From Chrysomallon squamiferum (taxonomy: Eukaryota; Animalia; Mollusca), in NCBI GenBank assembly GCA_012295275.1, contig CM022670.1, positions 33,728,001 to 33,792,000 of the forward strand: a DNA stretch of 64,000 bases. Reading direction: 5' to 3'. The notes below the pieces were generated by a model. The model was given only the letters and a program-made list of their open reading frames with translations, made no database searches and was not told the origin of the DNA. Made by a program: the position numbers and the translations under genes. Shown piece by piece: positions 15,599 through 29,307 of this stretch. Position 1 is the first letter of the stretch. Each line of letters opens with the position of its first letter.

Positions 15599-16079
15599 CT
15601 TTTGGGGGTTAACTGTTGCTGTTGTTGTTTGTTTGGTTTTTTGTTGTTGTTATCTTACGTTCATTTAATTTTTTTTAATATATAATTTTAATATTATTAT
15701 GTTTTCCTATTTTGCTCACTCAGTTTGTTAGTAATACGGTTACAAATACGCCTGAAAAAAAGAAAAAAAAAAAAAAGTCTCTACAGCTGCATAACTTCAA
15801 TTTCATGAATACCAAGACGTAACTTACACCCGACTGTTACAAAATATGTTACACGTTATCAGGTTAACACATACGGTTGAAGTTTCACCATTCATGCAGA
15901 CATCCAATTCTTTATTCCCATCCCTTCACCTTTTTTCTTCCACCCTTTTTTCTTATTCTGTTTAACCTTCGCCTTAGAGCTTGATTCAAATTAACACAAG
16001 GAGTCGTCACCATTACAACCAACGAGTGAAGCAGATAATTTGTGTGAAACATCTGTCTAAGGGGGTCAAAAACAAACGA

Positions 16080-16176
16080 AAAAAAATAAAATACGAAATA
16101 AAACAAAATAAAATAGAATAGAATAAAATAAAATAAAATAAAATAAAATAAAATAAAATAAAATAAAATAAAATAA
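16080..16176. repeat. (AAAAT)n microsatellite
   Basis: Direct reading. Confidence 0.9.
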
Positions 16177-16788
16177 ACCAGCTTTCTGAAGTTACAGTCA
16201 GAGGTAGATATAATATTCTCTGTAGAGGTTTTAGTTTTTGCCGTCTGGTCGTCTGGTCGACTTTCGCGCCTTTGTCGTCGACAGGTGCACAAACTGGGTA
16301 AACCTAGCCGAGATTTGAGAACGAGAAAGACAACCCAGACGCGAAAACCAGCACGCTATTCAGTGAAAAGAGGTGACGGGGATGTCGGAGGATGCACCCT
16401 CCACACGCCACGTACCAGCTAATCCTGGTGATAACCGAGAAGTCATCCGTCATCACGAACTAATCCGAGAGGTAGATGCAGACAATTCATTACGGATCAG
16501 CTGGTGCGTTTTATTTTGTCATTAGCGTCAAATCAAAGCGTCATATATTAGGGTTCTTTTTTCATCCGTTCATCCGTCCGTTACATTATCTCATCTTCCA
16601 ACACATCTGTGTATTATCTCTCTGTGTGTCCTTGGTTTATCAGAAGTATATCTTTCTAGAATTTTCTAAACTAAAAGTTTATGAAATGCTTTTTTTGTTG
16701 TTGTTTCGTTGGATTTTTTTTTTTTTTTTTTCTTTTCATTTTGTTGTTGTTGTTATTATTAATATTATTATTATTTTTTTTATTATTA

Positions 16789-16831
<43 letters not shown>

Positions 16832-17039
16832 TATAATGAAATATCTTTTCTTTCTTCTGGCATTTGTTTCCAACATTATAAAAAGAAAGAAAAATAAATC
16901 ATCTCAGTTAAAAATAATCGACAAACAAATTTCTTATTACATTTATTAGTTGTACTGTCAACGATTTTAGGGTATATATTTAATAATCTGAACTGATATA
17001 AATTACTGTAAGAATTGAAGAAATGTTTGTAATTATGTT

Positions 17040-17200
17040 AAATGAACGACACACTCGCAATACTTGTAATTAAAAGATGTTGTATTATCATATCTCGTTC
17101 AAACAATGACAGAGGAAACCTGATGCCGTCATGCGATGGGCTACTGTTTTTTATTTTAGCAGCAAGTGACTTTAATACGCACCTTCTCATAAACTGTGTC
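17040..17200 (+). mobile_element. Decayed copy of a dispersed SINE-like repeat
   Basis: Shares ordered blocks (GACAC..., AGAGGAA, TAGCAG.AA, ACCTTC.CATA.AC) with 19605-19740. Confidence 0.45.
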
Positions 17201-17599
17201 ATTCGTGTGGTTAGTTCGATGATCCAGCACTCTTGCTTCGTGTACATTGATATCTGAACAACATCTTGGTACCCACATTACTGGATTCCATAAAGCAAAT
17301 TATTGTTGCTGTAAAATAAACGTTTAACAAAAACTGTAATAGAGTAGCAAATTGTTTGATTGAACTTGGAAAAAGCTTCCTTCTTTGAAGCTGGATATAT
17401 TTAATTAGCTAACATAACAAAACAAAACAAAAAAGAATCTAGTAGTGATTGTACTTTATTGCGATGATATTTATTTTATTTTTATTTTTTTATTCTTCTT
17501 CCTTCCTTTATTTTTTCTACAATGAAAGCCATTTTATTTCTTTTATTTCTCAAGATAGATTTGAATCAGTTATTTTACTGAAGTTGCAATTAATATTGG

Positions 17600-17960
17600 A
17601 TTCTATGTTGTAAATCCATCTGGACTTTCAACTGTAAAATTTCTTTCGATTTTATTTCAAATGATTTTGAATTTTTGCATTCAAATCTTTCCGGACTTCC
17701 AGTGTAAATTATTATGCACTTTCAGTTTAAATCTTACTGAACTTCAAACTGTAAATTATTGTGGATAAACTGTACAAGTGTAGTGGGCTGACAGTTCAAA
17801 TCGTTCTGACATTTCAGCATGGATTTTCAGTTCAAATTATTCTGAACTTCTAAGTTTAAATAATTAAAAACACTGTAAAATTGCATTAGACTTTCAGTTC
17901 AGGTCTTTCTTAATTTCTAGATTTTCAAATCATTTTCAAATCATCTGAAATTTAAGTATA
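17600..17960. repeat. Highly degenerate minisatellite (~20-25 bp)
   Basis: Recurrent (TG)GACTTTCAGTT(C/T)AAAT / TGAACTTCAAACTGTAAAT motifs. Confidence 0.55.
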
Positions 17961-18857
17961 TAACTTTTCTGAATGCAGAATAGATATATTTTGGATATGA
18001 CTTTGACAATTTTGATGAAAGAATTTTAATATTTAATTAATCAGTAAACCTGACAATAATTTTTTTTAAAGTTAATAATGATAATTTTCTTACTATGTCA
18101 TTCAGCTACTTACATTGGTTCCTTCTCAAAATTCATTTTAGTCATCATTTTATAATTTCATTATGTCCATTAATAACAGATTAATGCTGATATATTTTAT
18201 TGACGATCCCAGCCAGAATTAACATTTCTCGTTCCAGCCAGTGATATACGGCTGACAGTTTGAATACTCCAAGGTGTCTTTTAAAAGCAAATATGCATCA
18301 AAAAGACATTTTGACAGTAATCCTTATTTTTAGCCTGCAGAGTTCGTTACGGTCATATATTCTTATATTTTAGATTCTTATCATTTTAAAAATATATACA
18401 GTTTTCTAAGACGTCAGATGTTTTTCTTCTGTTTCATTAATCCAGATTTTATACTAAAACAAATCCTTTCAGCAAATGGTACTTTAAAGTACAGCAATTT
18501 TTTGCTGATGTGATAATTACGTATTTTATTTTGTATAGAAAATCATTTCTAAAGTACATCAATTAAATCCGTTGTCTGACTTCGCTTTGAAAGTCACAGC
18601 CCATCTTAAAGTGTAATTATCATCATTTTTACAAATTGCTCATTTTTTATAATTCATACCGTCGTCGTCTTTTCCAAGTACTCTTCAAAACGTAATCCAT
18701 CCATTTGTCTGTTACACTAAAAAATAGAATTTTCATTAAATTATGAATGTTCCCATCTATCATTCTAACATCGCAAATTCAAAATATTGTTCTTTGTGAC
18801 CCAGCTATTCGTAAATTATGACACATAACAATTTAAAATGATTATTATGGTGATGAC

Positions 18858-18907
<50 letters not shown>

Positions 18908-19604
18908 TGATGATGTTTTTTAAAACAGCCTTCGACTCCGAAATAACAGGTTCTGAAGCACGGTTTAGAGTACACATCCCTTCCTCGCTGCTTGTTTCGA
19001 TTATCTACTGTTATGACTGGACCTTTGCGACTAAAAAACAGATGAATCATTTATTAAAGTAACTGCGCCGACGACTAACGCTCAGTGCATCGAGTTCGAT
19101 CGCGTATCTCGTGGCAAGAATAACGGATTGCTATCAAGCAAATCTTTTAAATCAAATCTGAACAGACAAAGGTATTTGCTTAGCCGGCCGTAAACTTACA
19201 GCGGCCATTAGCCAGCTAACAAAGATGATTCATTTCGCGGATTTACTTAGACAAATGAGTAACAATAACGTTTTTGTTGTTTTATTAAATGGGCCTACGA
19301 AACAGTAAGGTCTGGATCTGGATATAAAGCGTTATGACGTCTGACCGTTCATAAAGAAATCTGAATATTAATCTTCGTAACGAAGATGATTCTGATCAGT
19401 GAATCAATGAGTTTTTGAGATGTGCTCTCATGTCTTAAAGCAAGCCTGTATGGACACATAATGCACACAGTCGTAAAGTTAGGCTATGTCAGAAAGAGTA
19501 AAGAATGTTATGCTCTTATACTTTCATAATTAGGTACCACTAATAGCTGACAGCAAGTTACAATCCTGCTATACGTTTTTGTTTTTCTAACTGAAGAAAA
19601 AAAA

Positions 19605-19740
19605 TATTTTATTTAAAGACACATTCAGTACACTTATAATCTATGGTTATATGGCATCACACATCATGATGAAAGAGGAATCTTCTTTTTTGAATAGCAG
19701 AAAAGGATCTTTTATCTATACCTTCCCATAGACAGAAAGC
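19605..19740 (+). mobile_element. Second decayed copy of the same dispersed repeat
   Basis: Similarity to 17040-17200, read by eye. Confidence 0.45.
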
Positions 19741-21521
19741 ATATATTTCTGTTTTTTTATATATTACACATGGATTAATTCAATCATTAGAACACGAAAT
19801 GGCTTAATGTTCTTAACTGAAATTTAAATTTAATATCTAACTGAAAGAAGACCTTTGAATAATGATCAGTATGAATATTTCTGTGTTATGAGCATCTGTA
19901 CAAGGTCGAACTGAAAGAATTACAGTATCTCTCATTATGACCTACACGGTCAAATGATTTTTTTTTTTAATCTTGATTTTTATCATTAAAATTTCGTTAA
20001 AGTTTTATTTAATTATTAAAAAAAAAAAAAAAAAAAACGATCTTCATGACGTCATCGTTCTGTCAATATTATACACCTACAAAATATAATTTAATATTAA
20101 CTACTACAAAAAAATACATATCATTCTTTATTAAACAACTGATCATTTATATGAACACCGGCATACGCATACTCAAGCAAACATGTACCCAAAGCAAGAA
20201 AAGAAAAAAAAAAAAAAAAAAAAAACCCGGTGATTTTTTGAACTCTCATATTCAGACATTAATACCAGTTGATGCTTTTGTGGTCGTCGCTCTTATCCAA
20301 GATGCGTGCAGCAGCGAAAACACACAAATTCAGTTCAGCTTACCATTTTTAGTTTGCTTTGATCTGAAGCGCTGTATGGACAATTACTTATAACGATCTG
20401 TCATTTTTAGCACAGTTAATGTAACATTTAATGGTTGGACGGTTCTTGCTAATGAAGCAAGTGAATGTAGTTAATGTAGAATTATCTATATTTAAAAGAC
20501 AGTTGTGTTACTGTCGGAGATTAATGTAGACGTTTAAATGGTTTTGATACGCATCAGTGATTGACACATCAAAAACTTGGTATTTCGTTATTCAATGAAA
20601 GGAAAGTACAATACGAAAATTAGCCTCTATAATGTGTTAGATTTGTATGTGTGGGTGTTATTGAAGTCTTCTCTGCTTTTTTTTTCTTCTACAGAAACAA
20701 ACCCGTATATAAGCAGACATACATGCATATTGCATACATATATATATATATATATATAGTATAAAGTGTGTGTGTTTATGTATACACTATATCTTTATAC
20801 ATTTTTACAAACATACATACATACTATTTTATACTTAAACATTTTTAGTAACAGCATTATTTACGTTTAACTTTACACATTTTATTTTTATAATTATTAT
20901 TATTTTTGTTGTTGTCGTTGTTGTTTTCATTATTCATAATATAACTAACATATACGTACATAGCATATGTACAGTATATATAAAGGAAGGCAAAAAAAAT
21001 ATACGTGTCTATATAGTTTGTTTATTTGTATGACACTGTTTACGATATATATCCTTGTATGTGTGGTATGTGTCTGTGTATTTTCTGTATGTGTGTGAAT
21101 GTATGTGAAAATGTTATATGTGGTTTAACTTGGTGATTAGTTTCAATGTTATCTTCCGATCCTGTATTACATTATAAGTCTCTACACACATATATATAGA
21201 TTATGTTAGAGGCAACTCAGTACATTACACATGCCCTTTCCCACTAACATTGGAAACAAGCAATCCGATGAAAGAAATCAAAGATTTATGTCTCTTGTAA
21301 TACTATCTAATGACTTTTAGAGTAGAGATTGGTAGCCTTGCCATAATAATTTATAGCTCTAACTTTAATTTTCCGTTGACGCAATAAAGATTCAATGTCA
21401 ATACGTTAAAACAGTTTTTTATGAAAACCACACATTCACAAACAAAAATATTTAAACACTACTCACAAAATTCCAAATTAGTTTTATATATATATAGATA
21501 GATAGATACAAACACACACAC

Positions 21522-21524
<3 letters not shown>

Positions 21525-21578
<54 letters not shown>

Positions 21579-21888
21579 TGAGTGTACATACACACACACA
21601 TTTATATGTGTGTTGGTGTGTGTTTGTGTATGCATGTGTGTTCGTGGGTATGTCTATAGATGTGTGTGTACATGTTTGTATATTTGTATTTAGCTATATG
21701 GCGGCGTGTATGGCCGTGTGTATGGCCGTGTGTCTGTAAATGTTTCTCTGTTCTGTGTGATTATTATACTTTATATATATTTCTATGTTTGTGTATGTAG
21801 ATTAAACGATTTGAAACACAAGAAAATTTAGAAAGTGATATAGCTCAAATCCGTGACAATAGGAAAATATATGTGTGTTAGTATATTT

Positions 21889-21975
<87 letters not shown>
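21525..21975. repeat. Two (GT)n microsatellites (21525-21576, 21891-21976)
   Basis: Direct reading. Confidence 0.9.
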
Positions 21976-21979
<4 letters not shown>

Positions 21980-22644
21980 TGTTAGTATGTGACATGATGT
22001 TGGCTCATTCTTATGTGATATTTTGCATTTGCCGTATAACGGATTTACTAAACAATGCACCTTCATGTACAGACAAATACACTAGAACAAATATACATAC
22101 ATATATATTAAAACACGTGTTTTTAATGTGTATATTATTTATTTCAGTATCGGTTTTCTGGGTGTGTCTGTATTAGTCTGTATCTCTCTATATATAGAAA
22201 TAGATAGATAGATAGTAGATAAGATACAGCTACAAACTGATTCAGACACACCCATAACTTATTTCAATATATGTTTTTAAATCTATATATATATATATAT
22301 ATATATATATTTTATAGCATATTAATTGACCATAAAACTCAGTATTTGAATAAAACATACATTAAATCGACTGTTTTATATATATTTATTAAAATAAAAA
22401 ATAAAACATAAAATAAATCAACTGGTTTATACATATTTATTAGTTGTATATTACGATTTGTGACAGGGAAATAAAAAAATATCTGTATAAAAAAGCATAC
22501 ATATATGCATATATCTGTGTTATTCTATGTGTGTATTTATGAATATATAAACACGTATGCTTGTATATTTATATTCTGATGCACGTAGGAGGTGTATTAA
22601 ATAGAAATATTATGTACGCATATTTCTTTGTGTGTGCGTATATA

Positions 22645-22800
22645 CACACACATACATGTAAACACACACATATACACACATACATACATACACACATACA
22701 TACATACATACATACATACATACATACATACATACATACATACATACATACATACATACATACATACATACATACATACATACATCCACACATATATATA
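22645..22800. repeat. (TACA)n microsatellite
   Basis: Direct reading. Confidence 0.95.
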
Positions 22801-23911
22801 TATTACGTCAATAAATAATAATAAAAAATTAAAGCATTTAGCAAGAACTACGTAACAAACGATTTTACACTTAAAATTTAAAGCTGAGAATTGGTGAGGT
22901 TGGGTAACACTGTCACCCGACGCGAGTTGCGTAAGACCCAGCCTTGTTCTTGTTGTGTAATCATCTTATTATATCAATCCCTAATTAGTTGAAGCAATAA
23001 CGGACAACAAGGAATTATGTTACCGATGTGTTGTGTAACACGAAGCTAGCCTCAACGTCTCGTGTTTTATTTTCAACAAGAGTATTCAGTGCACAGTGAA
23101 TCTTTTTTATTTAATAAGGTATACTGTTTGTGTGTGTGTGTGTGTATGTGAATGTGTGTGTGTGTGACAGTGTGTATGTGTGTGTGTCAGTGTGTATGTG
23201 TGTCTTTGAGCGTTTGCGTAAAGAGTTCTAGTGTGTGCATGCTTCTACTGTGTGTACATTACTGCAATAGGTGACTGGTCTAACTGGATACTGTTTCATT
23301 CGTAACAGAATGTTTCAAAATGTTTGCCGATTTTCAGAATATATACATTTCCAGTCTTCTTAGATTTGTCAATTCTCGTAATTTCCAAAATAAGTCAAAA
23401 TGTTTAGAGAGGCACCAATGTAGCCATACTGAAAAAAACTAACTTTAAAAAAAACCTGTTTTGCAACACGTGCAACATTGTTCTGTTTGCAATTGGTTAT
23501 TCTTCATCTTAAAATCAATTTAAAGAAAAATATTTAAGAGTCTGTTGATCAAAAATCATTTAGATACGACGGCATATGTGAAATGGGATATAATAACACT
23601 ACTTTTACTATAAGTATTGTCATCAATGTTTAAAACTATTAAAATTTACTTGAAATGGCTTCTAAGAATATTTAATTTTCTAACTTTTCTTGACTGGAAG
23701 AGACACCGTGTCAAATTATCTCTCTCACTGTCCGACCTCGTAAATTTTGTTAGATTTCTTTTTTGTCTTAGAAAGGAACTATGAATCAGGAAAGTAAACG
23801 AAAAATTCCCACAGATAAAAACCACAAGTATCACGTTTTGTCCACATTTGGTAGGGCAACTGCAATCTCTTGAATAGTATTCCCAGAAAAATAGCAGATA
23901 TGTCGACTCAC

Positions 23912-24047
<136 letters not shown>

Positions 24048-24275
24048 GTCACTCTGATACAAATATAAATACTTGTCAGCATTCACAATTCGTACATGAA
24101 TTAAATCAAATAACTATAAAAATGAAATAAATATCCAAAAAATGACAAGAATGTCAATACTTTATATCAAAACAAAACATGTAACATCTAACATATCTCT
24201 TTGACAACTTCAACAAATAAATAATAACAGATATATTACACTGAATCTTGCAGGATCACTATTTTGCTATGTTGT

Positions 24276-25301
24276 TTACTGCATTGTGAATGCTGAGTGA
24301 AATTCTCGTTTATGTCTGTATTTATGTGGTACACTTTGTAAACCTTGCTTGTTGTTGTAAATATCGACACCAGAATGACTGAAACCATTGTCACAATTGT
24401 TTTGTAGAGAAAATACACTGACGATAACAGGGGAGGACGAATGCTCGTCTTCTGTAACTGTAATTTTCTGACTGTCGTAAGCTAACTGGGAAGTTTTACA
24501 AGTGCGAGAGTTATTGTAGTAACTTTCTCTTGCAGTTGCATTTGCACACGATTCATCATTTACTGCTATTTGAGATATATCAGAACTTCCGTGAAGGTCG
24601 TTAGAAATGTAATCCTGAACTTTTGTTCTCCATTGAGAAATCGGTGTGTGTGTTTCAGACACGCTGGTTCCTTGTAAAACGTTTTGCTTTGCAAAATTTT
24701 GTTTTTGTCGTAAAGAGCGTTCAGAAGCATTCCATACCGAATTGGGTAGATCGCCATTTGAAGTTTGGTTGGTGGCCAAATGCGGAGATATGTTGTCGTA
24801 TTTTCTGTCATAGCTTTCGCCATTGTTTGATTCCAGTGACTTCAGACTTTCCTTCTGCTGAGCAAAACGACGATTCAGTGATGCTAGTTCGTGTTTGAGC
24901 TCGATGTTTTCTTTCTGAAGCGTCTTCAGTTTATCGATGACGTCTTGTTCGTTTGTTCTTCTCTTCATTCTCGATCGTCTGGCCGAATCGTTGTTTTTCG
25001 TTCTCTTGGACCAGTACATATTGTCCTTTCTGTTCGTCGGTACAAATTCTCTCTCGGCTCTCTGGACCATAAAGTTGACATTATTAAAGCCTTGTTTACT
25101 GTCAAGTTCTTCCGATAGCTGATCAGTATTTTCTTTCGTTTGAAAACTATCATGACGATAGTTTTCTGTACACGATGCCTCTGTCCATTCGTTTCCGTCA
25201 TAAGAACCGATAGATTTGAACGCAAAATCGTAAGGTTCGGTTTTAATCTGTGCTGGGTCGTCGTATTTCTTCGTAACTGGGCTTTGGTTTCGAGCAAACA
25301 T
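24276..25301 (-). CDS. NFIL3: NFIL3/E4BP4/vrille-like bZIP transcriptional repressor, 341 aa, single coding exon
   Basis: The ORF contains REFVPTNRKDNMYWSKRTKNNDSARRSRMKRRTNEQDVIDKLKTLQKENIELKHELASLNRRF, matching the NFIL3 extended basic region and zipper (REFIP..[23 protein letters not shown]). The C-terminal VPHKYRHK resembles the LPHKLRxK motif of NFIL3/vrille. A splice acceptor (tgttttcag) puts the exon start at 25317, 16 nt before the ATG. May be a divergent paralog rather than the 1:1 ortholog. Confidence 0.85.
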   Translation of the reverse strand: MFARNQSPVTKKYDDPAQIKTEPYDFAFKSIGSYDGNEWTEASCTENYRHDSFQTKENTDQLSEELDSKQGFNNVNFMVQRAEREFVPTNRKDNMYWSKRTKNNDSARRSRMKRRTNEQDVIDKLKTLQKENIELKHELASLNRRFAQQKESLKSLESNNGESYDRKYDNISPHLATNQTSNGDLPNSVWNASERSLRQKQNFAKQNVLQGTSVSETHTPISQWRTKVQDYISNDLHGSSDISQIAVNDESCANATARESYYNNSRTCKTSQLAYDSQKITVTEDEHSSSPVIVSVFSLQNNCDNGFSHSGVDIYNNKQGLQSVPHKYRHKREFHSAFTMQ

Positions 25302-25539
25302 TTTGATGTCTTTCTTTCTGAAAACAAATAATGAACATTTAGGATTTTTATCTTTTTCTTTTAACTGTATATACAGATAACAGAACCGGTATCATTAATA
25401 CAAAACATTTTTTAGCCATACACTTTAACAATAATTCTCCATAATAATTGTACACACTTACTTGCCTGTCTACCTACCTAAACACACAAATATATATTTA
25501 TACTAATCAAACAGTAAATAAAATATATATATCTTACAG

Positions 25540-25987
25540 GAAATATGTATTATCAGAAATATATATAATTCCTGAAAATTTCAGGAAATATGTGTAATAA
25601 ATAAACTGAAAGTAAATGTGGACAAAGTTGCTGATAGTCCAAAGAAAACCTAGGCATCCTCGGGGTCAAGGATCCGCAGAAAGAGAAAACTGTGACATTA
25701 AGGATATGTTTGTTTGTTGGTTAGGAGATTGCAATACAAATAAATGGACTTTTGAACTCAAATTTGTTAAGTTTCAAAACTGCAGTTTCCCCATTTGCGG
25801 TACTCATGGATTCTGATGCTTGCACTAGCATGTCATCGTCAAGACTCCCTTATGAAATTCTCCATCAGTTGCAGTTAAAGTCAATCTTGGAATTATACAT
25901 ATTTCCAGTTTGCTGGGTGAATCAGAATTTATGACTATTTTCTGAAATTTTCAGGAATCATACATATTTCCTGATAATATATATTTC
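25540..25987. mobile_element. MITE/foldback-like element with ~46-bp imperfect terminal inverted repeats
   Basis: Left GAAATATGTATTATCAGAAATATATATAATTCCTGAAAATTTCAG versus right reverse complement GAAATATATATTATCAGGAAATATGTATGATTCCTGAAAATTTCAG. Confidence 0.65.
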
Positions 25988-26030
25988 GTGTACCATGTGT
26001 GTGTGTGTGTGTGTACATGTGACAAGATAC

Positions 26031-26070
<40 letters not shown>

Positions 26071-27125
26071 TAAACAAAACTTAAACTCAGTTTTAAGAAA
26101 ACATATTTCATAAGTAATTTTCAGAAAATCAGAGAAAATAATATTGAACCATCTTTTTAAAATAACAGCAACAACAAATAAATAAATAAATAAATAAATA
26201 AAATGGTGGATCTGAAGAATCAAGTTCCATCACACCACCCACCAAAAGTACAATGAAATAAAACGATTTTGGACAACGCTGTTAGCAACTTTTCTTAATT
26301 GATGAAATATTGCTATAATCTTGAAAGTGCTGTACAAAACTCGCTTTTCTGGCATAGATCAAACAAACTTGTTAATTAGATTCAATTGTAATATTTTTCT
26401 GTGATTCGTTCTCAATTAATATTCAGCGTATGTTATTCCAATCAGCTGTCAGAGGACTGACATAATCAAGTATTATTTGTACGATTTTACTGTAGGTTTG
26501 TTTGTTGTTGTTTTTTTTGTTGTTTTTTTTGTTGTTGTATTTTTTGTTTGTTTTTGTCGTTGTATTTTGTGGGGTTTTAACTTTTTGAAATTCAGTACCT
26601 GTATGTGTAGCTATTATCATTATCATGACATTATTATTAATAGTAGTGGTAATAGTCGTAATAGTCGTACTAGTCGTACTAGTGGTAGCAATAGCAGTAT
26701 TAATAACAGCAACAATAATAGCTATAGTGGCAGTAACAAAATGTATTATTACTTGAAAAACTGATTTAGATAAGTTATTAAATTACTTATAATTGGCTGT
26801 ATCTCAAAAGAAAAGTAATATCAGCAGCCAGTATCAACAATACAAATACTATTAGTATTAGAATTAGTATTGCAGTGCGTTAATAACTGTAACAGTTTAC
26901 ACACAGACACACAAAGAGACAGAGACAGAGACAGAGAGAAACATAATTATGTGTGTAAATATGTGTGTATGTGTTTGTACATATATATATATGTACACAC
27001 ACACAAGTGACATATATATGTATGTATTTATACACGTACATATACATACAAACACAAACACAAACACACATAAAGAAATTATGAAAAATAATAAATTGTG
27101 TAAGCAATACAGCTTCTACTTTGTT

Positions 27126-27410
27126 ACTCACCCAACTTTGTCAGCAATAAATACAAATTTCTGTTGCAGTTGCAAAATAACACATACTCACTTTGTTTCT
27201 ACAGTGCACATGTAATGGGGGTGTTACGCAAGCAACCACGTGATCGACACCTCCGTAGACGTAACAGTTCCTAGTCCCAAGGCTTGTTATATCATCGATA
27301 CACTATACCAGCTCAAGCCATTGCGTAACACAGATTGGGTAGCTTTCGATAATTTATATACACTTGTTACGTCATTCCACGTACGTCAAAACATGGGTTT
27401 ACGTAACTGT
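27126..27410 (-). promoter_or_regulatory. Putative promoter and non-coding first exon of the NFIL3-like gene
   Basis: Minus-strand TATATAAA at 27360-27353 and GTGAGT donors starting at 27191 and 27131. PAR/D-box-type sites TTACGCAA 27224-27231, TTGCGTAA 27321-27328, GTTACGTCAT 27366-27375 and TTACGTAA 27399-27406, plus E-box CACGTG 27237-27242. Confidence 0.5.
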
Positions 27411-27556
27411 CCAAACAGCCATTGTTCCTCGTAGAAAAAGTGCATGTTACTTACTTTTTATTGTTCACTGAAGGGGTGTGAATGGTTACTTTTTATGTGC
27501 ATGTCGGTTGATAGGTAATTGTGTTAAAATAATCAATAATAAAGATGATGATGATG

Positions 27557-27592
<36 letters not shown>

Positions 27593-27614
27593 GCACCGAA
27601 TAATATGGATTAAA

Positions 27615-27659
<45 letters not shown>

Positions 27660-28889
27660 ACATTAACAATAAGACAGGCAAATACATTTCGATTTTTTCT
27701 CTCAAATTTTTTTTTTGTCTTTAATATTCTCACTAAGTGTGTATGTTTTCATATATGCGTGCAAACATACAGAAATACATACATAAACAAAGACGTATAT
27801 ACACACATAAATACATACATACATATATATATACACACACGTAACATATGTACTAACTATACGAAACCATACCATACAAATATACCCATATGTAGTTTAT
27901 TTATCCTTTTTTTTTTTTTTTTTTTAAATCGATATTATTAGATGTTATTATATGGAAATGATATTACGAAAGAGACGGTAACTCCAACGAAGTGTTTCGT
28001 ATTTCCCCCATTTTGCATGCATGCATTCAACCATGTGTGTAGTAATTTGCGTAATATTACATACGTCATATTGTAATATTGCATTAAGCCTTCGGGTAAT
28101 GGCGTCATTGAGGTATAGACACATATTTAAACCTCGTTATGATTACGCCAGAGGATTCTTGCAATATTATCGATATTCTTCAAAGCCACGAAAAAGAAAA
28201 GAAAGACATGCAGAAAAACAAAAGGGGTTGAGCAAAAAAAGCAACAAAAAACAAACAAACAAAAACAAAAACAAAATCCCCCGCAAAAAACACACGAGAA
28301 AACAGTGTTTGAATGGGAAATATTTTAGTTTACGCCAGTTGTGGGTGTGAGTGCGTGTGTGTATGTGTGTGTGAAATAAATAAATAATCTATGTGTTTAA
28401 AAAGTGCTAAATTAAAAGTTTGTGTGACTAATCAGTTCAGAAAATAATAAATAAAACAAACGAACAAATAAAGTTTGATTTATTTTAATTTTAATTTTAT
28501 TTTATTTATTAAATTAAATTAAAATAAAATAGAATAACAAAATGATTACAAAATATAATTACATCGTTATTTATTATTCTAAATCGAAATGAAACAGTCA
28601 TTTGCAATTAAATCATTTGTAATCACTATTAACAAACAAAAGGCAAAATGTCCAACCTAAAATTACGTAACAGCCAATTAAGATTAGCGTAAAACCTTAA
28701 ATGCAAATAAATACATCAAAAAATAAATAAAAAAAGACGCACAGATATTCCAGAATGTTTTAGCATAATAAAATACCATCCATTTTTATTTATTTATTTA
28801 TTTATTTATTTTTTATTATTGTGTTGTTGTTGTTGGGTTTTTTTTTGTTTTTCACTTGACCATTGTTGCATAGAGCTTTCTTCTTCTTC

Positions 28890-28890
28890 T

Positions 28891-28921
<31 letters not shown>

Positions 28922-29075
28922 AGTTACTGTTATTATTATTATTATTGTTGTTGTTATTGTTATTATTGATGTTGTTATTGTTATTGTTGTTATTGTTGTT
29001 ATTGTTATTTATTGTTATTGTTATTGTTATTGTATTTGTTATTGTTATTGTTGTTGTTGTTGTTATTGTTGTTAT
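28890..29075. repeat. (ATT)/(GTT)/(ATTGTT) compound microsatellite
   Basis: Direct reading. Confidence 0.9.
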
Positions 29076-29249
29076 CGTTTCTTTTTTCTGAAAATGTTTT
29101 ATTTTACAATAAAATTTATAACTTTCATCTTTGAAATTTTAATAATTGCTATAACATTTTTACTAATAAATAATTATTAATAGTACATTATTAGGCGTGT
29201 AATTTTTTTTTAATTTCATTATTTATTTATTCATTTATTTATTTATTTA

Positions 29250-29307
<58 letters not shown>

